Below, piece by piece: positions 47,156-64,000 of a stretch of DNA of 64,000 nt; position 1 is the stretch's first letter, and every line of letters begins with the position of its first letter. The stretch lies in the NCBI RefSeq assembly GCF_009914755.1, contig NC_060930.1. One strand, given 5' to 3'. The notes below the pieces were generated by a model. The model was not told the DNA's origin. It made no database searches and worked only from the letters and a program-made list of their open reading frames with translations. Made by a program: the position numbers and the translations under genes. Source of the DNA: the human T2T-CHM13v2.0 reference genome, Homo sapiens.

Positions 47156-47434
47156 GATAAGTGAAAAGCATATAAGTATTATGTTCAAATCAATAATTCA
47201 TTTTCTAAACTATAAAATATATTTTAATTGTCCAAATATTAATTATATTTTAATTTGGCCCAAGACTTCATGTAAAAAAATTACCATTTTACATGAAGCC
47301 TTTGGGCAAAATTTGTGAACAAGAAGATATGCCTTCTTTATGTCACAGTTTCAAAGTAAGTTGCCAATTATGCTACATTGAGGAACTCAGCTAGAAGCAG
47401 TACTGCCTTATTTATTTAAAAATTACTTCTGAGC

Positions 47435-47523
47435 AGAGGCGGAAGTTTCAGTGAGCCGAGATCGCACCACTGCTCTCCAGCCTAGGCGACAGAGGGAGAC
47501 ACCATCTCAAAAGAAAAAAAAAA
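47435..47523 (+). mobile_element. Severely 5'-truncated Alu with TSD
   Basis: Last ~75 nt of the right arm plus A-tail between two copies of tacttctgagc (47424-47434, 47524-47534). Confidence 0.9.
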
Positions 47524-47723
47524 TACTTCTGAGCATATATTGAATGTGAGTCACCATGCTAGGAACTGGGAATAAAATGGCAAAATAGACAAAATTTTTC
47601 CCCTTGAGGAACTTAGAGTTGAATTGGTATAGGCAGATAACAACAAGCAAATCAACACAGAAGGAAGTTGATTATGGAAGTGATATTTACTCTGGAGAAT
47701 TTTATGAAGAACCCATGCTGAAG

Positions 47724-49245
<1,522 letters not shown>

Positions 49246-50126
49246 ATAAACCATTTCAGAGTGATTAAGGTTTCTCTACCCTAAAGGACCAGTTTTAGTT
49301 ATTAAATTTCTCATTATCCTCATCCCTTTGATGGTGCACATTTCAAGGACATGTAATAGAATATTTCTAAAGTGACTGCTGGCTATAAAAAGTTATTAGA
49401 AAATTTAAGATATTAAAATGAATAATGGGAAAAACCCTATATTTGCAGATGTAAATAAACCTTGCTTTTAGGTTCTTGAACCATATGCTTTATTTTCTAA
49501 TTAGAGATAAGTATAACTACATAAAATCAACAAAAAAGTTTCATTGCTATTATCTCTATTTTATGAGTTATTTTGCTATTTCAGTTTTCTTTTGTAACCT
49601 GGTATATTAAAGTCATTTGTAGCAAGTATCAAAATACCAATCTAGACCAGTTTCCTAACTTAGTCTGAGCTTGTCCTTATAATTTGATATCCTTCAATTT
49701 CTTGAGAAATTTGGATGCTTTGCATTTATGGGATCAAGTCTCACAGGAAAGTGTTGATCATCCACGTTTTGAAGAAAAATGCTGTGGCTTGGTAGAGACC
49801 CTGCCTGAAAGTTATAGGAGGCTTTGTTAGTTTAAAATAATGCACAGAAGAAGTCAAAATATACATGGCCAAATTCTCTACAGAGTTGAGTTCTCTGCTA
49901 CTTTATTGCTAATGCAATGCCAAGGAAAATATATGAAGTCTATTTGGCAGAAGCACTGTAAACAGGCGCTGTAAGAATACCAGCAATATGAGAATAATTT
50001 AGAGAATACAGGAAATCCACACCCCTTCCTCTATCTCTAAATTATTCCCTTTTAGCCATCTTCTTGGTGTTTGAAACTATATTAGTATACAAATATTTAT
50101 TTCTTTGAATTAAGATATCATATATG

Positions 50127-52060
<1,934 letters not shown>

Positions 52061-52739
52061 AAAGGGAACAGCCTAAAATAGGATTTCTGTATTATTCTTG
52101 CCAGAGTTTGAAGTCCATTTCTGCCTTCAGCACCACGGTCTTCCCAAATAGGGATCCATCCTGTGCTATTCATTCCATTCCCAGGCAAATCTACCTAAAA
52201 CAAGCACTGAACTAGGAATGAGGAGACCTGGATTCTAGTCTCACATCTTGTCCCAGTGAGTTTTATAATCCTGGGTAAGCCACTTAACTTCCATGGCTCT
52301 CAGGTTTCTTATTTTTTGAAACTGTACGAGTTGAGTAGACTTTTTCCAGGTCTCTCTTTCTGTTTCTTTGACTGTTCTTGCATACTAAAATGTAGACATA
52401 TCTGTTAACTGAAAACAGCTTAAAAGCCATCTGTCTTCAGGGTCATTTGTATTGTAATAGTATTCAAAACCTTTCAGAAAAGTTCTAACAATGTGGATTC
52501 CTGATACAAATAAGAAGTGGGAGATTTTGGAGGGCATTATAACTTCCTGGTACCCTGGAAATCATACCATGTAGACACTTTTTCTCATGTACGTAGAATT
52601 GGCCCTGCTTGCTTGTGTTTAAGATGAGAAGCAAGCTAAAGAACAGTCATTACAGTTTATCCCAGACCTTGGGAATAAGGTACTTTTCAAGCCTACTGGT
52701 AGTAACAGCTAATGATAACTACATCTTTCCAAAAATTCC

Positions 52740-53610
52740 TTGTCAAGCCAAAAGTGTTGGAGTCATCCCTGATTCTTAATTTCTTAAATTTCATCCCATG
52801 TTCAGAAAATGCTTTTGGCTCTACCCATAACATACATCCAGAGACTGCTCATTTCTCACTATCTCTACTGCTACCAGCCTGGTCTAATTAAGGCACCATT
52901 ATCTTTTGTCTGGATTATTGTAGTAGTCTCCTAACTAGTCTCACTGCTTCCACTCATGCTTTTGATAAGTGTATTCTTATCAAAGCAGCCAGAATTGTCT
53001 GATTAAATCATAAGTCGGATCTTTCCTCTGTTCACAATCTTTCAATGGCTCCCCATTTGGAAAAAAAAAAAAAAAATAACAACAACCAAAGAACCAAACA
53101 AATCCTAATGGCCTACAAGGCTCTACGTGAACTGGTTTCCCATTTGCTTTCTGACCTCATTCCCTACTGCTCTTTCCCCCACTCTCTGTTCCAGACAAAA
53201 TGACTTCCTGACATGTCTTCAGTCACATCGGGTACCCTCAAGCCCTAAGGCCTGTCACTGGATGTTTCTTCTGCTTGGAATACTTTCACCGATGTATTCT
53301 CAAGGGTAACTCCCTCAACCCCTTAAAATCTTTGTTCAGATGTCACCCTCTCAATGAAACCTGAATACCCTTTAAAGTTACATCCCACTCTATGGTGTCT
53401 ACCTTACATTTCTGTTCCCTAACCTACAGTTCTTACTTTCTCAAGGGTACTTGTAGCATATTATGTAATTTATTTATTATGTTTAGTGTTTATCTTCTGT
53501 TTCTCTTTGGTAGAAAGAAGTCAGAGGTTTTTGTGTGGTTTGTTCATTGATGTATCCCAGTCACTTAGAAAAATACCTGTCATATAATAGGTACTCAATA
53601 GATATTGATC
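52740..53610 (+). mobile_element. L2a 3' region
   Basis: tggattattgtagtagtctcctaact...cataataggtactcaatagatatt. Confidence 0.65.
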
Positions 53611-55489
53611 ATTGGTAAATTCATAATAATAAAAATAACAATGGTCACTTACATTTACATAACAATTCAGAGTTTTTAAAACACATTTACTTTATTTTTA
53701 GAATGTTTTAGTAAATATAAAAATATCTTGGGAGAGGGTAACCCAATAAAACCAGGTAGAATGAGATTCACCAGGGAAAGCAGAGCCCCAAGGGACTGGG
53801 AGAAAGGGTATATACATTTGACAAGCAATGACCCTGCAAAGTCCAATATACCCAGATACTTGTGTGAAAAGTATCCAGTTGAATTAATGATTTGTTGGTT
53901 AGGGCTATAGAAAACAGGAAGATCATTCCAGAGGTGAGGTTAAGAAGGCATGAAAAATTACCATTGCCTAAATCACAATTTCATCTACATCTGCACCATT
54001 TTTGGACATTATAATCAGAGAATATTGGTGTTGATTGGTAAAGACAACACTTAAGAAACAGGAAAATTGGTTTACTTTTAAGTCATGCCCAGATTCTTAT
54101 ATATGCCTTATGCATTGAGCATACAAGAGGGAAAATACTATTTTGTAAGCAATTTGAGAATAACAACATAGGGGAATAGATACACTGGAAGACTGGGGCC
54201 TTTCTTTTTGAATGAGTACATTTTGTTTCTGATATATAGCCTAATGATTCTTTAGTGGCAACAGAAAAAACATCCCAAACCAATTTTGTTTTTGAAATAT
54301 TAGCAAATTTAACTTGAGAATAGCAGCATTGGAAATATCTGTCTTATATACCTGTGGGAAGCAAAAATGGCTTCAACCTCCTTCAACAAACAAATATTTT
54401 ATTTCTCCCTACAAAGATAAAATCTCCAACCAGAGAATAACCATTTACCTTTAGCTGCAATAACTAGACTAGGCTATGAAGCAACTAGACAACTGGGATA
54501 GCTCCCTTGGTTAGAAAGACCTAATGCTGTATTTTATAAATTCTACCTGTGGTTATCTATCACACTTAATCAGTTTAATAAAATGAAAAAAACTGATTTT
54601 ATAACTAGAACATGTGCTATGAATAAATTAAAAGTAAAAGATAATTCAATGTATGATTATATGCCACTTTTTCTCCAAAGTAAATCTGAATGTGTGTGTA
54701 GTTTATAGAAAGATATTATTTAAACTTAGATATTCAGTTAGAATATAGAAAGTAACATCTAAAAATATGTCATAAACATATTGAATTAACCGTTGTTCTT
54801 TTTGTATATATGATAGACTAAATTTAATTTTTAAAAAGCTTTTCCTTGAAAAAATGTACACGACATAAAACTGTTCTTGTAAGCTATTCTAAAATATTTT
54901 GTTGCCTTTACCTGCAAAGAAAATTTTTTAAAGTAAGAATTAGAACCATGTAGTGATTTCTCCCAAGTTTAGTACTCTATACCTCTGAAAAGTCAGACGT
55001 TCAAATTATTGAATTCTTTTTATATGATAACCTTAACTCCAAAGGCTAGTCTAACTCTAACTTTTCCAGTTGTAACACACCCTTTAGAACTTTATTTTAT
55101 TTTTTCATTGAATCTGTATTCCCAATTCTAGGAACTAAATGTTAAATAACTTGAAAATAAAATGTTTAGTTGTTTTTTTTTTAAAAAAAGTTGTTTATTC
55201 CCAATCCCTTGAAGTCACAACTATTAAAGACAATAAGACCAATCAATAATTATTACAGAAAACAATATTTAGCCTCTCACAATGGTAGAGAGATTATCGT
55301 CAATACAGAGTGTATTTGCATGTCCTGATATCTCGAAGGAAGTTATTCAGAGGTAAATATAATTTTTAAATAAAAAATGCATGGCTATTAATACTTTAAC
55401 TGAATTTTTTAAAGCATGAGTTATCTTGGTTAGGAAGGATTTTACATGCAATTAACAGAATTTCTGATGAATTTTGGCTTAAATAATAA

Positions 55490-55960
55490 AGGCAAGAAGT
55501 CTGGAAGAAAGTGGCTGCAGGTTTGCTGTAGCAGCTGGTTCGTACATTTCACTTTGTTTGCACCTGCACATTTTCGTTGACTTTCCCTTCGTGGCCTCAG
55601 GACAGCTACAGCAGCTCTAGGCAGCAAAACTACACACTAGTATCTCAAGTAGAAAGAAAGGGGCAGGGGCACAAAACTTTCTTCTTGCAAGATATTTGTA
55701 TCTTGAAACAAAATTTTTTCCAAAAGTTTCCAAACAGACTTTCCTTTAGGTCTCATTGAATGTAGCTGTTGTCACATGGCTATCTCTAGCTCCAAGGAAT
55801 ATGGGAAGGAGAGTTTGTAATGAAGGAGAATAGGAACATGGGATTTCTGTGACTGGTTTATATTATTCATGGGTCATTTTCTAGGGCTAGCAAAAAGTTC
55901 TACCTTCCCTCACATCAAGGAATCTTAGCTACCTGAAAACAGCTGAGATTCTTTTAGCTA
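55490..55960. mobile_element. Old MLT1-type LTR relic
   Basis: cagactttcctttaggtctcattg...gtcacatggctatctctagct resembles MLT1. Confidence 0.45.
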
Positions 55961-57310
55961 ATACTTGACAAGATATAAAGTAACATTCTTCCCTGTTGCC
56001 CCCAGTTAATGGCTATGACCAAAAGTTTAAAATAAAACTAAAATGTATTCCTTCTATTACATTCCAAGACCCACCAGCAGTTGGGGCCAGCCGTCGTTCT
56101 TTAGGGCTCACTGAGATGTGCCAGTTCCAAGATGAGGCTCTGACACCACACCCCTGCCCACTCATTCATAGTCATTACAAGGGAGAGGGAGCGGGATTTG
56201 GAGAAATGCTGTGATTGTGAACAAAGTGTGTTCTCTCCTCTCTCTCTCCTCAAGCCCACAGCAAGAAGAAGATTGGCATTTCATTTCCTGAATGGTATCC
56301 ACTCACATCTACCTCTTAGATTTCTTGAATCCTTTGGTAGCATAGACACAAGTGATCAAGTGAGCTCATAGAAACTACTAGTCACATTATCTAATTTTTC
56401 TCTTCTCTCTTGGAATATATGCTTATTATTTGGGATTATTTCATTGACTTGTGTGCCCAACAGTTCTGAATAGTTTTGTGGGGCACAGTTGTTAGAGGTT
56501 AATGGTGATACATTTGGGTGCTATTTGGAAGTGTTTCAGATTGGGACTTAGGAGTATCCAGATGATCTCTTCTGTCCTTCTCCCCTCCTTAAGGGTTTCT
56601 ACACAAATCACATATCTAAGAAACAATAGCAGAATGGGGATCCAAGAACCGCATAAACAGTTACTGTGCATACTTCCAATAACCCTTTGGTAAAATAGAA
56701 TTGGGGTATGCAACTTAGACTCAAGCCCTAAGCAGTGATCATATTATATTTTCTTCCATTCCTCATATGGTTCAGGTATGCTCAATAATGACAGAATCAG
56801 CACAGGGAAGAGGCAAAGAGAAGAAAAAGGTGTGTGAAAAATAAATATTTCTGCCAATAGAGCCACAGCCCTAGCTTGGGTTAGGATAAGGTTGTAAGAA
56901 GGTCTTTCATTCAAATGCAGAATTAAATTTTAAAATGAACACAACCAAGTTTAAAAAATCGAAATCAGACTGTTTTAATAACTCAAGGCAGCTAAAAAGA
57001 TATATAATCTAGATAGGATAGTGAGAGGATAGTTCCTCAGAAGGAAAAGGAAGTTCAACAAAAGAGATTTGGTATAGCTTTATTAAAAAAAATTTCATCT
57101 TTGTAACTCAATGAATTCTGCAATAACCCAGTCATATAGGTCTGTTTATTGTGTTGTTTTTATGTCAAGTACATGGTTGTCATATCTGTGTTGGAGTGTA
57201 TGCTTTTATATAAGCATATATTGTAGGTACTTATGAATTAATTTATTATTAGTTAGAAACTCAATATCTAAAATAGAAAACATATTAAAGGGCAGCACAT
57301 TATTTAAATG

Positions 57311-58008
57311 GACACGCGGCACAGGAACCCTGGTCCTGGCCCACGAAACCATTTTTTCCTCCTAGGCCTTTGGGTCTGTGATGGGAGGGGCTGTTGTGAA
57401 GACCTCTGACATACCCTGGAGATATTTTCCCCACAGTCTTGGGGATTAACATTCAGCTCCTTGTTACTTATGCAAATTTCTGCAGCTGGCTTGAATTTCT
57501 CCTCAGAAAATGGGATTTTCTTTTCTATTGCACTTTCAGGCTACAAATTTTCCAAATTTTTATGCTCTGCTTCCCTTTTAAAACTGAATGCCTTTAACAG
57601 CACCCAAGTCACCTCTTGAATGCTTCACTGCTTAGAGATTTCTTCCACCAGATACCCTAAATCATCTCTCTCAAGTTCAAAGTTCCACAAATCTCTAGAG
57701 CAGGGGCAAAATGCTGCCAGTCTCTTTGCTAAAACATAACAAGAGTCACTTTTGCTCTGGTTCCCAACAAGTTTCTCATCTCCATCTGAGACCACCTCAG
57801 CCTGAACCTTATTATACATAACACTATAAGCATTTTTGTCAAAGCCATTCAACAAGTCTCTAGGAAGTTCCAAACTTTCCCACATTTTCGTATCTTCTTC
57901 TGAGCCTTCTAAACTGTTCCAACCTCTGCCTGTTATCCAGTTCCAAAGTCGCTTCCACATTTTCAGGTATCTTTTCTGCAATGCCCCACTCTATTGTTAC
58001 CAATTTTC
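57311..58008 (-). mobile_element. THE1 internal sequence, truncated
   Basis: ORF 57625-57981 (GRGWNSLEGSEED..MWESLELPRDLLNGFD) is typical MaLR internal ORF; abuts the LTR. Confidence 0.88.
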
Positions 58009-58365
58009 TGTATTAGTCTGTTTTCATGCTGCTGATAAAGACATACCTAAGACTGGGCAATTTAGAAAGGAAAGAGGTTTAATTGGACTTACAGTTCCAC
58101 GTGGCTGGGGAAGCCTCACAATCATGGCAGAAGGCAAGAAGGAGCAAGTCACATCTTACATAGATGGCATCAGGCAAAGAGAGAGAACTTGTGCAGGGGA
58201 ACTCCTCTTTTCAAAACCTTCAGATCTCATGGGACTTATTCACTACCATGAGAACAGCATGGGAAAGACCTGCCCCCATTATTCAATTACCTCCCACCGG
58301 GTCCCTCCCACAACATATGGAAATTCAAGATGACATTTGGGTGGGAACACAGCCAAACCATATTA
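58009..58365 (-). mobile_element. THE1 (B-like) 5' LTR
   Basis: tgtattagtctgttttcatgctgctgataaagacatacc...cacagccaaaccatat. Confidence 0.9.
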
Positions 58366-59646
58366 ATAGTCATTGATTATTGCAAAATGTTTGGAATATA
58401 TATAAAAGTCAGTGTTTAAAAAATATTTCTTTAATGAATGAATGAATGAGGGGCATTTTGCTTTGAGTGATTCAATGGACTGACTCCTGGACTTCCTAGT
58501 ATTATGTCTTATTATGTCTCAGACAAAATTTGAGCTCTTCCTGTTGAAACAGAGACACTTAGCAAATAAGTTTTCAAAGCTATTTGAATGCTTTAAAAAT
58601 AACACATTAAAAAAATAACATGTATGCAGGACAGATATATGAGCACACAGCCACCCTTTTATTTTTAAGCTTCAAAGTGAAATATATAATTACAATAAGG
58701 ACCTGACCCCAAATTAAGAACTGAAAATACTTAGCAACCAGTCAGAAGAACAACATATATCCAGAAGCTATTTTCCTTAGCAGACTGTTTCTATGTTGAA
58801 ATCTGTAATTGGCAAAAACAAAATAGAACAAAACTACATACAGAGAGGAAAATAGCCAGTTGCAATTCCTCTTTATCTTATAGACTTGTACTCCCTTGTT
58901 TTATGCACCCTGGAGCAGACTATCAGAACTTGGTAAAATTTCTGACTTGGAAATCCTAAAAACAAATTAACTACAAGCAAAACAAGATCATGCTAATTTA
59001 GATATAAACTTTGTTGGAGACAGTAGATAGTACAGATTACCTTTCCCAGTCACATCAACACTTGACTTTATCCCGAAATATAAGTCCTCCTTTTCTTCCA
59101 AGCTAATCTTGTTTCCCATTCCTATAATGACTTTTAGCTCTCAAATATAATATGTCCTATCTGGAAAGCCGTTCTCCCTGAAAAAACGTGTATCTTTTGA
59201 CTAACTCATGTTTCTTTCTCCCCTTTTAAAACAAACTCAAAAATTGCCTCCTCTCTCAAGTAATCTCTGACTGATGCCCTTTGACCAGGATCCACTGCTA
59301 AGTGTCGCTTTAGTTCCTATGTGTCTAAGAAAATATTTGTCATTTATGGTGATGTTGCTTTATGTTGTTCTTACACTTTTCTGGCATTTTTATATTTGGA
59401 ATTTTCATGTGATTTTTAATAGAATACCTCAAAAGTAATATCTGAGAAGAAAAAGTGATGTAGGTAATTTGGTTTTCTAGGATTATCTTATCACTTGGTT
59501 AGCATTAAAATGATTTGATTTTGCCAGGCATGCTTCTTAGAGTATATTAGAGTAGTGGTTCCTGATCAGGGATGCTGGGAGCATTAGAGTCTTCTTAAAT
59601 ATCATTTCATGGTCTATCAGAAAAATTTGTATTTTAAAAGAAGTCT

Positions 59647-59940
59647 GGCTGGGCTTGGTGGCTCATGCCTGTAATCCCAGCACTTTGGGAGGCCGAGGCG
59701 GGTGGATCACCTGAGGTCAGGAATTTGAGACCAGCCTGGCCAACATGGTAGAACCTCGTCTCTACTAAAAATACCAAAGATTAGCTGGACGTGGTGGCAG
59801 GTGCCTGTAATCCCAGCTACTCGGAGGCTGAGGCAGGAGGATCGCTTGAACCTGGGAGGTGAAGGTTGCAGTGAGCCGAGATTGCACCATTTCACTCCAG
59901 CCTGGGTGACAAGAGTGAAATTCTGTCTCAAAAAAAAAGA
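59647..59940 (+). mobile_element. AluSx-like
   Basis: Alu consensus; TSD aaaagaa[g/a]tct. Confidence 0.92.
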
Positions 59941-61189
59941 AAAGAAATCTAATGGAAGTTTTGTTTCCCGAAGGAAAGGCCACCACTTAGGCTAACTAAA
60001 CCATTAGGGTTCTTTGCTTTTGTCTAGATGATGTTAATTTAACAGGATATTTTTGCATTGTTTTAAATGAAGTGGTGCAATTCTTTGCATCCATGAAGGT
60101 ACTATAAAAGACATCTTGGTGGTGAAAGGATTGGTTACCATTCAAATAGATGCTTTTCAGGACTATGTTATTGGTAGCACATATTCTGCAATTTAGATAT
60201 CTTATATATGATAATTTATATTTAAAAAGATGCTTCAACCCAATTTTTTTCTGTAAATACAACAATGAGAATAACAATGCGACTTTAGACTGCTTTCTCA
60301 AATAACAATGGTTACATATGTGGTGTCTTATGTGTGATAGGCAGTCTTTGGCACTGTTCATTCACAATCTCATGAATCTTGAAAAGTATTCCATGAAGGC
60401 ATTGTTTGTATCTTAATATTAAAGAGATGAAGGTTGAGAAGACATGAGTAACGTTTTCAAGGTTAACAAGTAGGTAAGCAGAAGGGCTAAGATTTGAAAG
60501 CAGATCTGTCAGAACCCACAGTGCTTACTCATTCAACTATTATATACGTATATACTTTCTTTCTTGGAAAAGTAAATAGACAAACTTTGATAGGATTTAG
60601 AAGAGATATAACATGCAGACAAGAGGGTTGTCCTGTTAGCTCTAAATTTTGTGTGTGTGTGTGTGTTTTTTTTTTTCCATGGGTGGTTGGTTTCTTTTCT
60701 ACCAAGAAACTTGATTTGAATTCTATTTTTTGCATTCTCTGCTTCTCTAAAAGCATTTCTTTATCTCTGCCTTTCCCTGGATTTTGAGCTGTTTAGTTTA
60801 TGAGTGATGATTTTAGCCTCATATTCTTTCTAACTAGTGATTCATTATATCTGAACCCTGTATATAGCATCCTATTTCTCAGTGACATTTACGAACTGTT
60901 TTGTTCTCCTCTCAATGAAAACTGAAAGAACAGAAAGTTAAAAAAAAGTATATTTGGTCTCACTCAGTATTGGAGCAAGCTTTTGCTACTGTAATTATGT
61001 CCTCTAATAAGGTCAGGGTTATTGGATGACTAACATACCCATGGAAGTATTTATTTACTACCCAAAACATTTGTTATACTATCTTTTCTGATCTTTTCCT
61101 CACCAAGTCATTATTTCTAGGAAATGTGGCTCTATTTTAAAAATGAACATTTTCAGCGCATTTGGAGCTCAACTGTTCTTAATGTTGAA

Positions 61190-61820
61190 CAATCTGCTTT
61201 CTTCTGCCTTCTTTCAGGTTAATTGAGTATTTTTTATGATTCCATTTTATGCTCACTTTTGGCGTGTTAGTTATTCCACTTTTAAAATTTTTAAATGATT
61301 GTTCTAAAGTTTATAATAGACATCTTTAACAGCCTGTCTTCAAATAATATTGTAACACTTCACAGAGTACGAGAACCTTATAAGAATATACGTCAGCGTA
61401 TTTCCATTTTCTCCCTTCCATCTTTTGTACTGCTGCCATACATTTTCCTTCTACATTTGTTTTAAACCACCCAATACATCATTCTTATTTTTATTTTAGA
61501 CAATTATCTTTTAAAGATGTTAAAATAAGGATAAAATTCCTTTTACATTTGTACTTATTTTTGCCATTGCTGGCATCTTTCCTTCCTTCATGTAGATCCA
61601 AATTTCTATCTAGTCTCATTTCTTCTACCTGAAGAATTTTCAACATTACTTGTAGTGCAGGTTTGCTGAGGTGAATTCTCTCAGCTTTTGCTTGTGTGAA
61701 AAAAGCCTTTATTTTGCTGTTATTTTAAAGGATATTTTCCCTTGGTGTAGAATTTTAAGTTGACAGTGTTTTATTGTTTCATTTTGTGCTTCAAAGGTGA
61801 TCTTCATTGCGTTTTGGCTC
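61190..61820 (-). mobile_element. Old L1M relic hosting L1PA copy C
   Basis: T-rich L1M phrases (ttgtagtgcaggtttgctg..aattctctcagctttt, tagaattttaagttgacag). Confidence 0.6.
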
Positions 61821-61823
61821 CCT

Positions 61824-64000
<2,177 letters not shown>

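Overview
Human (primate) genomic DNA, not prokaryotic. The left half (1-31.5 kb) holds the 5' part of SHPRH (SNF2 histone-linker PHD RING helicase, a Rad5-type E3 ligase) on the minus strand. It has a non-coding first exon in a CpG island at ~30.7-31.7 kb and 13 coding exons (exons 2-14, codons 1-1038). Their GT/AG boundaries and phases chain into one continuous reading frame (633+130+219+79+151+109+257+660+252+79+164+257+122 = 3112 nt), and the gene continues off the left edge. The right half (32-64 kb) shows no protein-coding gene and is repeat-rich upstream DNA: a near full-length Tigger1, three same-strand L1PA 3' fragments, many Alus including a pristine AluYa5, THE1/MaLR, and MER/L2/MIR relics. 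I find no convincing new multi-gene system. The best leads are: (1) the three independent L1PA insertions share non-consensus variants in a mosaic pattern suggesting local gene conversion; (2) a candidate poison exon in SHPRH intron 3; (3) a 57-codon uORF in frame with the SHPRH CDS; (4) inverted Alus around exons 12-13; (5) two unexplained intergenic hairpins. Repeat subfamily names come from my memory of consensus sequences, not from a search.
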